A DNA stretch of 64,000 nt from Haliotis cracherodii. Taxonomy: Eukaryota. Below, piece after piece: positions 1 to 10,289 of the stretch (the stretch's first letter is position 1; every line of letters starts with the position of its first letter). Both the position numbers and the translations under genes were made by a program. The stretch is from the NCBI RefSeq assembly GCF_022045235.1, contig NW_027266264.1:25172001-25236000 (forward strand). The letters run 5' to 3'. The notes under the pieces are model-generated. The model saw nothing but the letters and a program-made list of their open reading frames with translations. It did not search any database and was not told the DNA's origin.

Positions 1-345
1 AGTGTGGATCAAGTGTAACTGTGTGGGTATGGATCAAGTGTAACTGGGAGGGTATGGATCAAGTGTAACTGAGTGGGTGTGGATCAAGTGTAACTGAGTG
101 GGTGTGGATCAAGTGTAACTGAGAGAGTGTGGATCAAGTGTAACTGAGAGAGTGTGGATCAAGTGTAACTGAGAGAGTGTGGATCAAGTGTAACTGAGAG
201 AGTATGGTTCAAGTGTAACTGAGAGAGTATGGTTCAAGTGTAACTGAGAGAGTGTGGATTAAGTGTAACTGAGAGAGTGTGGATCAAGTGTAACTGAGAG
301 AGTGTGGATTAAGTGTAACTGAGTGGGTGTGGATCAAGTGTAAAT
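1..345. repeat. 25-bp tandem satellite (GGATCAAGTGTAACTGAGAGAGTRT), runs off window start
   Basis: About 14 direct units visible; same unit and orientation as the array at 13337-14735. Confidence 0.97.
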
Positions 346-1907
346 GATATCCTCTGCACAATGAGAATCAGACTTACTATGCACTCTGAAAGAAATCTGC
401 CCCGTCAGGAATGGCATGGGGCAAAACTGACGACATTAGGGTATATTGTCCAAAGCCTCTCCCCTTCCCTTTGTATATCTCCTTCAGGTCTCCCCCGCAA
501 GCCCGGGGCAAGCATTCTTGAGACAATATATGCTCGAGGGTTGGGGGCAAGGTGCTACCCTGCTGCGATGAACCAGACACCTGGCCGGGCTTATTTGTCG
601 AAACCACCCAACCGTGTTTAATAAAACCTTCAGTAAGAACCACTGCGTCAGAGAATGGAAACAATAGCTTAAAGAGGAACAGCGGTACAAAAAGTCTTTC
701 CCAATAGTCACATAAAATTGCGTTATAGGACGGCTTAGGGTCACAGCATATTGTTGAGGGTAAGGTACAGATTGTTATACATTAAACGTCAACGCCAAAG
801 AATACTCTCGATTTACCGCCGAAACAGATCGCATTCGGCTGTTCAAAATAGTGATGAACATTATTTAATGGATCACTGAAATGTCACTCTACATTTCAAA
901 CACCTATACCTGTTTAGTTTGATTTACAGCACAGTCAAGAAAAGCATCACTATTGACATATAGTCTCTATTGAAGGTGTGTGTGTTTGGTTGGGAGGGGG
1001 AGGTCGCATATTGTGATTTGGCAATTCAAAAATGTGTAATAGTTTTTGTATATAATATAGTTTTATATAAACCAAATGAGTCTGTTATTGTGTTATTATA
1101 CGTTTAGCATAGCCGATCACCTGTGCAATTTTCAAATGTATAATTCTTCAGTACTATTCTCGAGAAAAGGTATGGAGGATGGGTGGGTCCCGCACATCTA
1201 TCTGGGTCTATGTGTAACACTCAAAGAAGATATCTATTCATGTAATGGTATTCATATATTTATCACATAAATCAAATATTATTTATACTCATAATATAAA
1301 AAAATTGAAACTTGCACTCACTGCTGAAATAAACCAATGAAACTTTTTTTTTATTGTGATAAATATAAATCATTATTTCGACATGAAGTCGACGTGTTGC
1401 TTGGGTAGAGGTGTGTGGGCGATCAGTGCGTGAAGCAATCCATTTACGTATATCACAATCCTGAGATAACACTGCCCACCACGTAGTTTTCCACGTTGAT
1501 ATGAGACGGAGATCAGACAGCATATACAGACACACACATATATACATACCATATGTGTGTGCAATGGTTGGGTCATTACCGTGATATATATAACACATTT
1601 ATCATTGAGGGCTGACGTTTTAATTATTCTTTCATATGTACAATTTATTTTAGTGTGCAATGATGCAGTTATCGCATAATTGCATATATTGTGTATGTAG
1701 TATTATGCATATTGTATATTTTAAACGCCTTGTTATTGTTGACGTTATTCATTGAAAATTCAAAACGTCAATATTATATAAGTTGAAGCCAAATTCAACC
1801 CACCCCCGTAATGTTGCGTGAGAATATATAAGCGCAGTTCACGATCCTCGAGGCATTATCACACAAACCTGTTTACCCCATGCTGATTTCACCGTTAATT
1901 GTTTACT

Positions 1908-2194
1908 GGGGAATCCCCAGCCACGATGCAGACATGATGCTCCTTTCGCAGTATATAATTCAATAAGTTGTCTGGACGATATTTAGTTTTGGACATAACA
2001 GGTTTATTTGACAGTGAGTGAAATTCCACATGAGGCCCCGCGAGTGTCACGTTTACTGCATTTCGCCAGTAGTTTTAGTCAGCCCCGGCGGCTGCTGGAA
2101 TCATTGTTGATATCATGTGACTATGACGCGTATTCAGTCTCGTTTTGAGATTGACCCCTGACATCCCGTCTTGTTTACCGGCCTGTGTATAAAA
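1908..2194 (+). promoter_or_regulatory. Proximal promoter of GNAT copy 1 (kB site, E-box, TATA)
   Basis: GGGGAATCCCC 1908-1918, TCATGTGA 2113-2120, TATAAAA 2188-2194; block alignable with upstream regions of copies 2 and 3. Confidence 0.8.
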
Positions 2195-2217
2195 GAGCAA
2201 GCGATCGTGGCATCGTC

Positions 2218-2351
2218 ATACTTCTCTCTTCACTGCAAGAGAGATTTTGAGCAGCTCTGACAACAAGTCTATCAACGACACAGCGCCCATTTACCTGACA
2301 GCTGTTTTCCAGTATATACTGAGGATTATCAACTGTGTGCGAAACTCATAA
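2218..2351 (+). other. Non-coding first exon of GNAT copy 1; intron 2352-3249
   Basis: Starts about 30 nt after TATA (TSS approximate); donor AA|GTAAGT at 2352; acceptor TTTTTTCAG ending 3249, 9 nt before ATG; same layout in all 3 paralogs. Confidence 0.8.
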
Positions 2352-3258
2352 GTAAGTATATCGACGGTGTTGCATCATTTGGGAATATTGAAATTGCGAT
2401 TTTCAACATGCTTTGACAGTCGGCTCCCTGTGATCTTTGAGCCGAGACGATTTCACCGTTCTCAGTAAATAGGTCAGGTAAATACTCTAGATTGTAAAAC
2501 TAATTATGTTTCGTTATGCATGGCTTTTATACAGGAATGTATGTTGAATGAAAATATGTCCGCCTCGTGTCACTAACTGACTATGATTACAAATAGTAGC
2601 GCTGTAAACCAAACACATCTAAAACAGCACGTGTACACCTTATGTGTTCGGCCACATGTTTATGCGACAGTCACGTTGCCTTTCTCATAATAATACCTCA
2701 GCTTACATGCCTGAAACTACATATTGTCCTCGTAGTCTAATATGTTCTCGCGTTGATATGCTGCGCTGCTCTCGACATGGTGGCAGTTCATACCATGTAT
2801 TTGTCAGCGCTCGATGTAGTTATATATTTTTTTTACGTTCAGGGGTAGACTTACATCTAATCTCTGAAATGAGCATATCGTGCAAAAGAAATATCAGTTG
2901 TTAAATTATCTTTATAAAAATATTATTAAAAGGACTAAAGAGACTCTCTTCATAATGTAGTAATCTAGACTTGCCAAACATTATAGACTTGCATGGGCTG
3001 TATCTGATATATTTGTATCAGGGTCTGTAAGACAGACTAGTTCACGGGTAGAAATCGTTTTAGCGGTTCATTTATCCTTTAGATACGTAAATAATTTATT
3101 AAATGTTAATCTTATTTTGTGTCCGTGATTTGTTATATACTCGTTAACTTATCTTTAAAAATCGAATATTCCATCAAAAATAATGTGCCCTTTTTGTCTT
3201 GAATATCTATTGCATTATATACTAAATTTCCTTTTTAACTTTTTTTCAGGACTCCATC

Positions 3259-3831
3259 ATGCTGATAAATGACAAAGTCGAAAAAGTCAAGCGCCTCCCT
3301 GGCGTTGTCCCTCACACCACCACCCTCCCCGACGGCCGCTTCGTCATTATCGACACCATGAGCGACTCCCAGCTGTCGGAAACCTTCGGCCTCATCCAAG
3401 CCGCGGCCCAGAGCGGCAATGGTTTTGGGGTGGATGAATACACCTCAGAGAAGGAATTCCGTGAAGACATCGACGGCAGCTTCAACTTCGCCGTAATGAG
3501 CAAGGACACTGGAGAGATGGTTGCTGCATTCATGTTGGCCATCAGCAAGTATTACCGTGGCTGCAGCGTTGCCGACCCTTTCATCATTGTAAAGAAGTCA
3601 GAGAGAGGCAAGGGAATCGGCGAGTTTTGTCTCCAGATGTGTGTTGACTTTGCTCAAGATTTGAACTTCATGGGAATGTATGTGGACACTTTCAGCAACA
3701 ACCGTGGCATGATCAAAATCATCGAAAATGTTGGTGGATTCACCCAAGTGGGATGTCTTCCCATGGGCGGCAAGATGAAAGATGGTTCCATTGTCAGTTC
3801 AGTCATCTTCTACAAAGATTTCAATCCATAA
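3259..3831 (+). CDS. GNAT-family N-acetyltransferase, Mpr1/AZC-acetyltransferase-like (copy 1, 190 aa)
   Basis: Acetyl-CoA motif A VKKSERGKGIG, motif B-like FSNNRGMIKIIENVGGF, C-terminal GF.QVG.LP...SSVIFYKDF; three intact copies with full gene architecture. Confidence 0.93.
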   Translation: MLINDKVEKVKRLPGVVPHTTTLPDGRFVIIDTMSDSQLSETFGLIQAAAQSGNGFGVDEYTSEKEFREDIDGSFNFAVMSKDTGEMVAAFMLAISKYYRGCSVADPFIIVKKSERGKGIGEFCLQMCVDFAQDLNFMGMYVDTFSNNRGMIKIIENVGGFTQVGCLPMGGKMKDGSIVSSVIFYKDFNP

Positions 3832-4150
3832 ACTATTGACTTTTCTTCCATGGCTTTATCTCCATTACGTCTCTACGTAGTGTACACGTCATCGCGGCTG
3901 TGATGACGTCACAACAAGGTGTTATCTGCATGAACCACAGGTAACACTCAGAGAGAGCCACTTCCGGTTAGAAGAAGCCCAGTTCCGCTATCGTTCGCTG
4001 TCCAGTGCGAACGGTGGAGCCTGCTCGGTATATAGCTACGCTGGGTCAACCGGATTGCCTTGTAGACTGGTAAACATCGGATTGAATAGAAATGTGCAAT
4101 GAGAAACGTATTGTTCATGCAACAGTATTTGTTAGTCTCGCAGTAGAAAG

Positions 4151-4156
4151 AATAAA
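4151..4156 (+). terminator. Poly(A) signal of GNAT copy 1
   Basis: AATAAA at homologous position in all copies, followed by a T-rich tract. Confidence 0.7.
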
Positions 4157-4498
4157 CATAATATTAGCTAAACGATTTGTTTTGTTCTTTTTTTTATAAA
4201 TAAATACCAATACCCATGATGTCTGTGGCATCGTGAGTACCAACCATTAACACATCATTAGATGCTTTCCAATAAAGGAAACTGTGGCTGACGTCCGTGG
4301 GAATCTTGTCCTTTTCGGTAATGGGAGATTTTCAAAGGCAGAAGGAGACACGGCTGGCAGGGTTGTGCAGGGTTGTTCATGGGTTCGAATCCCGGACAAT
4401 GGTTCCTCACATCCAAAGTATGACATCAATGCTTACTGAAATGTTAGGAGCCTATACCAAGGAGTTGAACACACATTTGAATGTATTACTCTACAATA

Positions 4499-4672
4499 CA
4501 GTAAACTACGTTTATAAAGAACACGCTTATAACGAACTGACGGATATAACGAAATGTTTTTTGGTCCCGTCCATTTGCTGTATATATGTTGTAAATCTGC
4601 TTATTACGATCTACGGTTATAACGAACTAAATTTAGTGGTCCCTTTGAGTTCGTTATAACCTTAGTTTACTG
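4499..4672. mobile_element. MITE (Tc1/mariner-pogo type)
   Basis: 24-bp TIRs CAGTAAACTA.G.TTATAA.GAAC (21/24 match), TA on both flanks; related fragment at about 60185-60248. Confidence 0.8.
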
Positions 4673-4775
4673 TACCCTCCTGCTCACAGGACGCATTTTA
4701 ACCAAATACACACACAAGCAGCATTCATGTATGTCTGCATACATCAAATTGTTAAGGCATCCTCTGTTGATGAAA

Positions 4776-5555
4776 ATGGTCAAAATTGGCTACCACACTG
4801 TCATCAAGTATCTGCAGCTAAAATGGTTAATTCCAACAGCCAGGTATCCGAACATGGAGTCAAATTTAGGGAGTTATGCACCCTCCTTTCAGCACTGTTG
4901 GCAGCGGAGAGGGAGAGAGAGCCCTGAAGATGATCCATGATGCATGATCAGGAAGACTTTGAACTGCAACCACTTAGGAAACTTGATAAAATACATAAAA
5001 TTGATTATGAATGATGATACCATTACTCATGAAAGCGTTGAGAATATTCTGGACTGGACTGGACATGACAAAGGCTTCGGCACGCAGAGTTCCAAGTCTT
5101 CGGACTCCTGATCAGAAACGCTTTAGGTGCCTCATCTCTCGTGAGAGATTACTGCGTTGTGAGTGAGTGAGTTGGGTTCATTACACAGTATTCCAGTTAT
5201 ATCACGGCGTGTCAGCTTGATGTAGGTGGCAAGCCCGAAGTGATGCAGGTCTTTGCTGAAACCCATGAACACGGGTATCGTGCTGATCAACCTAGAAGCA
5301 TAATCGGGTCGAACCGGGATTCGAACACACGATGACACGTTTATGGTGTGCCCAAGGGGCACAGCTCTACACAGTGAATTGTACGCCGCTGTGAAGCAGA
5401 CCCAGCTCATTTTGTAACCATCGAGGAGTCTTTGGGTCACAAGTATCAGTCAGAGATTAAACAACAGGCAAAGCAGTGGAAACATCCAAAGTCTCATTGG
5501 AAAGAAAAGCAAAATCTGTTCCATCTGGCAAGGTGATGGTATCGGCTTTTAAGAA
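4776..5555 (+). mobile_element. Degenerate mariner transposase fragment, split by a SINE
   Basis: Translates to MVKIGYHTVIKYLQLK..APSF, GRESPEDDP, VPSLRTPDQK, FVTIEE, EIKQQAKQWKH (mariner-type motifs) with frameshifts and stops. Confidence 0.8.
5160..5390 (-). mobile_element. SINE family B, degenerate
   Basis: Matches copies at 7890/22992/24675; (GAGT)n tail. Confidence 0.8.
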
Positions 5556-5650
5556 CTCCATACTCAAAAGTAATCTCTGTTAAAAACAGAGTTCATTGTA
5601 CGATTCCAGTTATATCATAAGCATGTGTCTGGATTTTACAACTTTTGTAT

Positions 5651-5775
5651 GAGTGAGTGAGTATGGTTTTAGGCCGCTTTTAGCAATATTCAAGCAATAT
5701 CACGACGGGGGACACCCGAAAAGGGCTTCACACATTGTACCCATGTCGGGAATCGAACCCGGGTCTTTGACGTGA
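5651..5775 (-). mobile_element. SINE family A, 5'-truncated
   Basis: B-box GGTTCGATTCC and family-A body and tail on minus strand. Confidence 0.85.
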
Positions 5776-6639
5776 ACTTTCTACTAAGATTTCAAAGGGC
5801 ATCATACGACTCTTGCTCAGGAGTTGTTTTATCAAGGTTATAATAACATATAAGGCCTCAGAAAAGTTTTTATGAAACGTTTTATGGTAGACAGGTGGAA
5901 GACATTTCCAAATTATACGCATTAGTGAGAAACTGATCTCCGTGTGACAAATTGCTCCCGTGGTTTTAGGTGAATAGTTGACTTGCCTTTGCATGTGTTT
6001 CTGACAGGTGCAACAAAAGGGGGGGAAGGGGGCGGGGGGCAGGATAGGCTCACCTTTTCGCGAACGCCTAGTATCATCACTATTAAATGGTTATTCATAA
6101 ATACTTGCTCATGATATAGTCGGAATCGTACAATCGGCTCTTTATTGTCAGAGATTTCTTAGAAATATGGAACGGATTATGTGCCTTTATCCACTTTGTC
6201 AGTTGCGGTTACGACCTTAGCGTGCAGGACATAGATATTTAGCAATGTTTCAGGTTAGTTTTGTTAGACCTGGTCCACCTCTTAGACCTCTTAGCACCAT
6301 ATTCTCTCTACTGCACACAGCGCGTTCCACAGTTCTGGCAGGAACTCAGTCCACCAATGCTTTCTACTATCCGTCGTTTATTAGGTTTACTAGCATTTAG
6401 TAAATAAGACTTACTCGCTGGTTTTTCTTTTTCGTCTTCTGTTGAATAAGATCTGTTAACCCAACTGAAGCTATATCAATCTGTTCCGCTTGGGAGTTTG
6501 CCCAGAAAATCACTGTTTGACGTCATATATTTTGTATATCGCACAGTATCGTCGGCGGAAGCACGAGATCGTCCTTTTTTTAACTTTGTCGATACTACAT
6601 GTCCACTTCAACATAGCATGATCTAGTTTGGTTTCCATA

Positions 6640-6906
6640 TGTTTGTTTTGTTTGTTTGTTTGTTGTTTTACGCCGCACCTAGCAATATTCCCGCTATATG
6701 ACGGCTGTCTGTAAATATTCGAGTCTGGACCAGTCATCACGAGCATCGATCCACACAATCGGGCTACGATGACATGCATCAACCAAGTCAGCGAGCCTGA
6801 CCACCCGATCCCGTTAGTCGCCTCTTACGACAAGCATAGTCGCCTTTTACGGCAAGTATGGGTTGCTGAAGACCTACATGTATTCTAGACCAGATCTTCA
6901 CGGGTC
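6640..6906 (-). mobile_element. Retroposon family C (no tRNA head)
   Basis: 5' GACCCGTGAAGATC, GTCGTAAGAGGCGACTAA core, (AAAC)n tail, TSD TGGTTTCCATA 6629-6639/6907-6917. Confidence 0.9.
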
Positions 6907-7324
6907 TGGTTTCCATACGACCCACGACTATGTCAACAATATATATATGTCCTTTTTCTAGCATTATGTTTGTATCAGTGACTTAAAATTGACTAAACTT
7001 AACATGATTTGTTGGGGACTATACCATGTTCAACCACTGACTGGCCTTATGTGGAAACACATGTAAAATCATCCGACGACAATATGCATGACAAGAAAGA
7101 ATTCTCGCCTTCGACGTAGTTTGTCAACTCACATCTACTTTTAAATACACCACATGTATACAATAGTTCTCCACAAGTCTGATATTCTCGTATGTGTAAC
7201 AGTAACGTATCAAACTTTGATTAGGTAAGGTAAAACCAAACCCATTCCACACCAGTTCTCTGCCCTCGTGGTTAAATTACTCAATCGTGTTTACCACATG
7301 CTTATTGCCGCGTTAATCGTTTCC

Positions 7325-7610
7325 GGGGAAATCCCCAGCCGCTCAACACAAACAAGATAATTTTGTCCAAGTCAATGTTTTCGATAATTTGTCTGAACAA
7401 TATTTAGTTTGGCAAATAACAGGTTTATTTGACAATGTGTCAAATCCTGCATGACGCCCTGTGATTGACATGTTTACCACATTTCGTCATATGTAGAGGC
7501 CAGGCGGCTGCGGGAAATATTGTTGATATCACATGACAAAGACAGGCATCCAATCTCGCTCAGAGATTTGGCCTGACATTCCGTCCCATTCTGCCGTCAG
7601 GTGTATAAAA
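7325..7610 (+). promoter_or_regulatory. Proximal promoter of GNAT copy 2
   Basis: GGGGAAATCCCC 7325-7336, TCACATGA 7529-7536, TATAAAA 7604-7610. Confidence 0.8.
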
Positions 7611-7633
7611 GAGCAAGTGATCAAGGCTACCAT

Positions 7634-7761
7634 CACACTTCTCTCATGACTGCAAGTCAGATTTCCAGCAGCTCTGACAAGTTTTGCTACCAACGGCACC
7701 GTCTCCATTTACCTGACAGGTGTTTACCAGTACATACCTTGGTTTATAAACCGACTGCAAA
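7634..7761 (+). other. Non-coding first exon of GNAT copy 2; intron 7762-8442
   Basis: Homologous to copy 1 exon; donor AA|GTGAGT at 7762; acceptor CTCTTTTTTCAG ending 8442. Confidence 0.78.
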
Positions 7762-7889
7762 GTGAGTATATCTATCCTTGTTGCAATACTCGCGAATATC
7801 GAAATTTGAAATGTGGAGGAATCTACCTAAAATGTTTTATGTGACTTACTTCGTAATATCTAATTATTTTATATGTCTATAGTGGAACA

Positions 7890-8170
7890 GGGGGCACGGG
7901 TGGCCCAGTCGTCCAAGGCGCCGCAATTCGCTGTGCAGAGTTGCGTCCCTTGGGCACGCCAGAAACCTATGATTGTGGGTTCGAATCCCGGTTCGCTCCG
8001 ATTATGTTTCTATGTTTGTAAGCACCATACCCGTGCTCGTGGGTTTCACCGAAGTGGTAAACGTCTGAGATCACTTCGGGCTTTCCTCCCATATTTTACA
8101 TTTTCCTCCCGTGATATAACTGGAATACTGTTATAAGCGGCGTTAAACCCAACTCACTCACTCACTCACA
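7890..8170 (+). mobile_element. SINE family B (tRNA-Leu/Ser-like head) in the intron of GNAT copy 2
   Basis: A-box GTGGCCCAGTCG, B-box GGTTCGAATCC, (ACTC)n tail, TSD-like TA.TGGAACA. Confidence 0.9.
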
Positions 8171-8451
8171 TTACTGGAACATACTGACATTTCGATTCCT
8201 GAATTTGTCGACTTAAACGGAGGTACATATAACTGTGAGCTACTTAGCATTTCCTTTACAACCCTTCAATTTTAACCTCTTCTTAAGAAATGACTTACAG
8301 AGATTGCATTCCCCATTGCTCCTCATGTCCAATTATTCAGGTCACAGACTCACGCAAAGTCTTCCCATAACTTCAACAGTTCCCTTTCTGTTTTCGTCTT
8401 GCATGAGTATTTCATTGTACATTAAGTATCCTCTTTTTTCAGGACTCCATC

Positions 8452-9027
8452 ATGCTGATAAATGACAAAGTAGAAAAAGCCAAGTGCCTCCCTGGCGTTG
8501 TCCCTCACACCACCACCCTCCCCGACGGCCGCTTCGTCATCATCGACATCATGAGCGACTCCCAGCTGTCGGAAACCTTCGGCCTCATCCAAGCTGCGGC
8601 CCAGAGCGGCAATGGTTTTGGGGTGGATGAATACTCCTCAGAGAAGGAATTCCGCAAAGACATCGACGGCAGCTTCAACTTCGCCATAATGATCAAGGAA
8701 AGTGGAGAGATGGTTGCTGCATTTATGTTGGCCATCAGCAAGTATTACCGTGGCTGCAACAGCGTTGCCGACCCTTTCGTCATTGTAAAGAAGTCAGAGA
8801 GAGGCAAGGGAATCGGCGAGTTTTGTCTCCAGATGTGTGTTGACTTTGCTCAAGATTTGAACTTCATGGGAATGTATGTGGACACTTTCAGCAACAACCG
8901 TGGCATGATCAAAATCATCGAAAATGTTGGCGGATTCACCCAAGTGGGATTTCTTCCCATGGGCGGCAAGATGAAAGATGGTACCATTGTTAGTTCAGTC
9001 ATCTTCTACAAAGATTTCCATTCATAA
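8452..9027 (+). CDS. GNAT-family N-acetyltransferase (copy 2, 191 aa)
   Basis: Paralog of 3259-3831 with 14 substitutions plus one inserted Asn; motif A intact. Confidence 0.93.
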   Translation: MLINDKVEKAKCLPGVVPHTTTLPDGRFVIIDIMSDSQLSETFGLIQAAAQSGNGFGVDEYSSEKEFRKDIDGSFNFAIMIKESGEMVAAFMLAISKYYRGCNSVADPFVIVKKSERGKGIGEFCLQMCVDFAQDLNFMGMYVDTFSNNRGMIKIIENVGGFTQVGFLPMGGKMKDGTIVSSVIFYKDFHS

Positions 9028-9325
9028 TATATTGACTTTTCTTTCAAGGCTTTGTCAGTTACGTCTCTACGTGGTGTACACGTCATCGCGGCTATGATGG
9101 CGTTACAACAAGGTGTTATCTGCATGAACTACAGATAACACACAGAATGAGTCACTTCCGGTTAGAAGAAGCCCAGTTCCGCTTTTGTTCACTGTCCAGT
9201 GTGGTCAGTGGAGCCTGCTCAGCATGTATGTACGCTGGGTCAACCGGATTGACTTGTAGACTAGCTAACATCGAATTGTTGTTGTATTGTTCATGCAGCA
9301 GTATTTGTTAATCTGACAATAGAGA

Positions 9326-9331
9326 AATAAA
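9326..9331 (+). terminator. Poly(A) signal of GNAT copy 2
   Basis: AATAAA at position homologous to copy 1. Confidence 0.7.
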
Positions 9332-10289
9332 TACAATACAAACAAAATTATTTGTCTGTTATCGCCTGATTTTAGTTGAATACATATTCGCATGAAATGT
9401 TCTTTGAACCTTGCAGCATCTGGAGCATCGCTAGCACCAACACATAACTAACTCATCACTAGATGACCTTTAGAGTAAGAGGAGTCTGGTGATTTTGCAA
9501 AGAAAGAGAGGGGCACGAGTTGAGCCCCTAAAACATTCCATGATCTTTGTTTGAATCAGAGCTTCACCCTAAATGTGATCCCTGTTTTTATGTGATACCT
9601 TTTTTGTGTGTGTGTCAACTTAGTGGCAAACGTCCACTTTCCTGTCACGTAATCAGTGAAATATTGTTCAAAACGACGTTAAACCCAACTCACCGAGTTA
9701 GAGTTCACTCACATCATTAATTTACCTGCTCAATTACGCCCAGAACACTCAGAATTAGCAACGAGCCCAGATCATATGTCTGTGATCACTGGACCACAGG
9801 TCCCGAGTGATTAGAAAGGAATGTTTTTAACACTCGACTTTGTGGAAGAATGCGGACGTGACTCCAGAGGAATAACACCAGCACTTCCCTACAATCGACC
9901 CCATGGTACCGCCTACGTACCGACAACGCAAGAAGACATGCCTCTCTTAACAAGATATACAGTGGATGGCGAATGTATCTAACTGATTCTAAGCCTTCGT
10001 GATTGCTGACTAGGGCGACAATGACATTTCTCATCTTCCCTAAAAGACAGAACGTGAAAAGCTTTTATTGTAAAGTGGCATCCTGTATGCAGTTGGTACA
10101 TTCTACTGTTCACCTCTACCTTTCCTACAGACTTACAAATACACAGTCTGTGTAAGAATAAAAGTCCAGGTCCAGATAACGCGTGCAATGAACATTTGTT
10201 GTTTGCAGGCATTAATATTCTCGCGAAACTTACCACTTTATTTAACATAATTCTCAAAACGGAATATCCCTTCTAACAAAAACAAACTT

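Noticed and set aside
3312-3548. 78-aa antisense ORF repeated in all three GNAT copies (also 8505-8741, 18925-19161)
   Set aside because: Shadow of the sense CDS codon usage and CDS identity; no promoter or splice support
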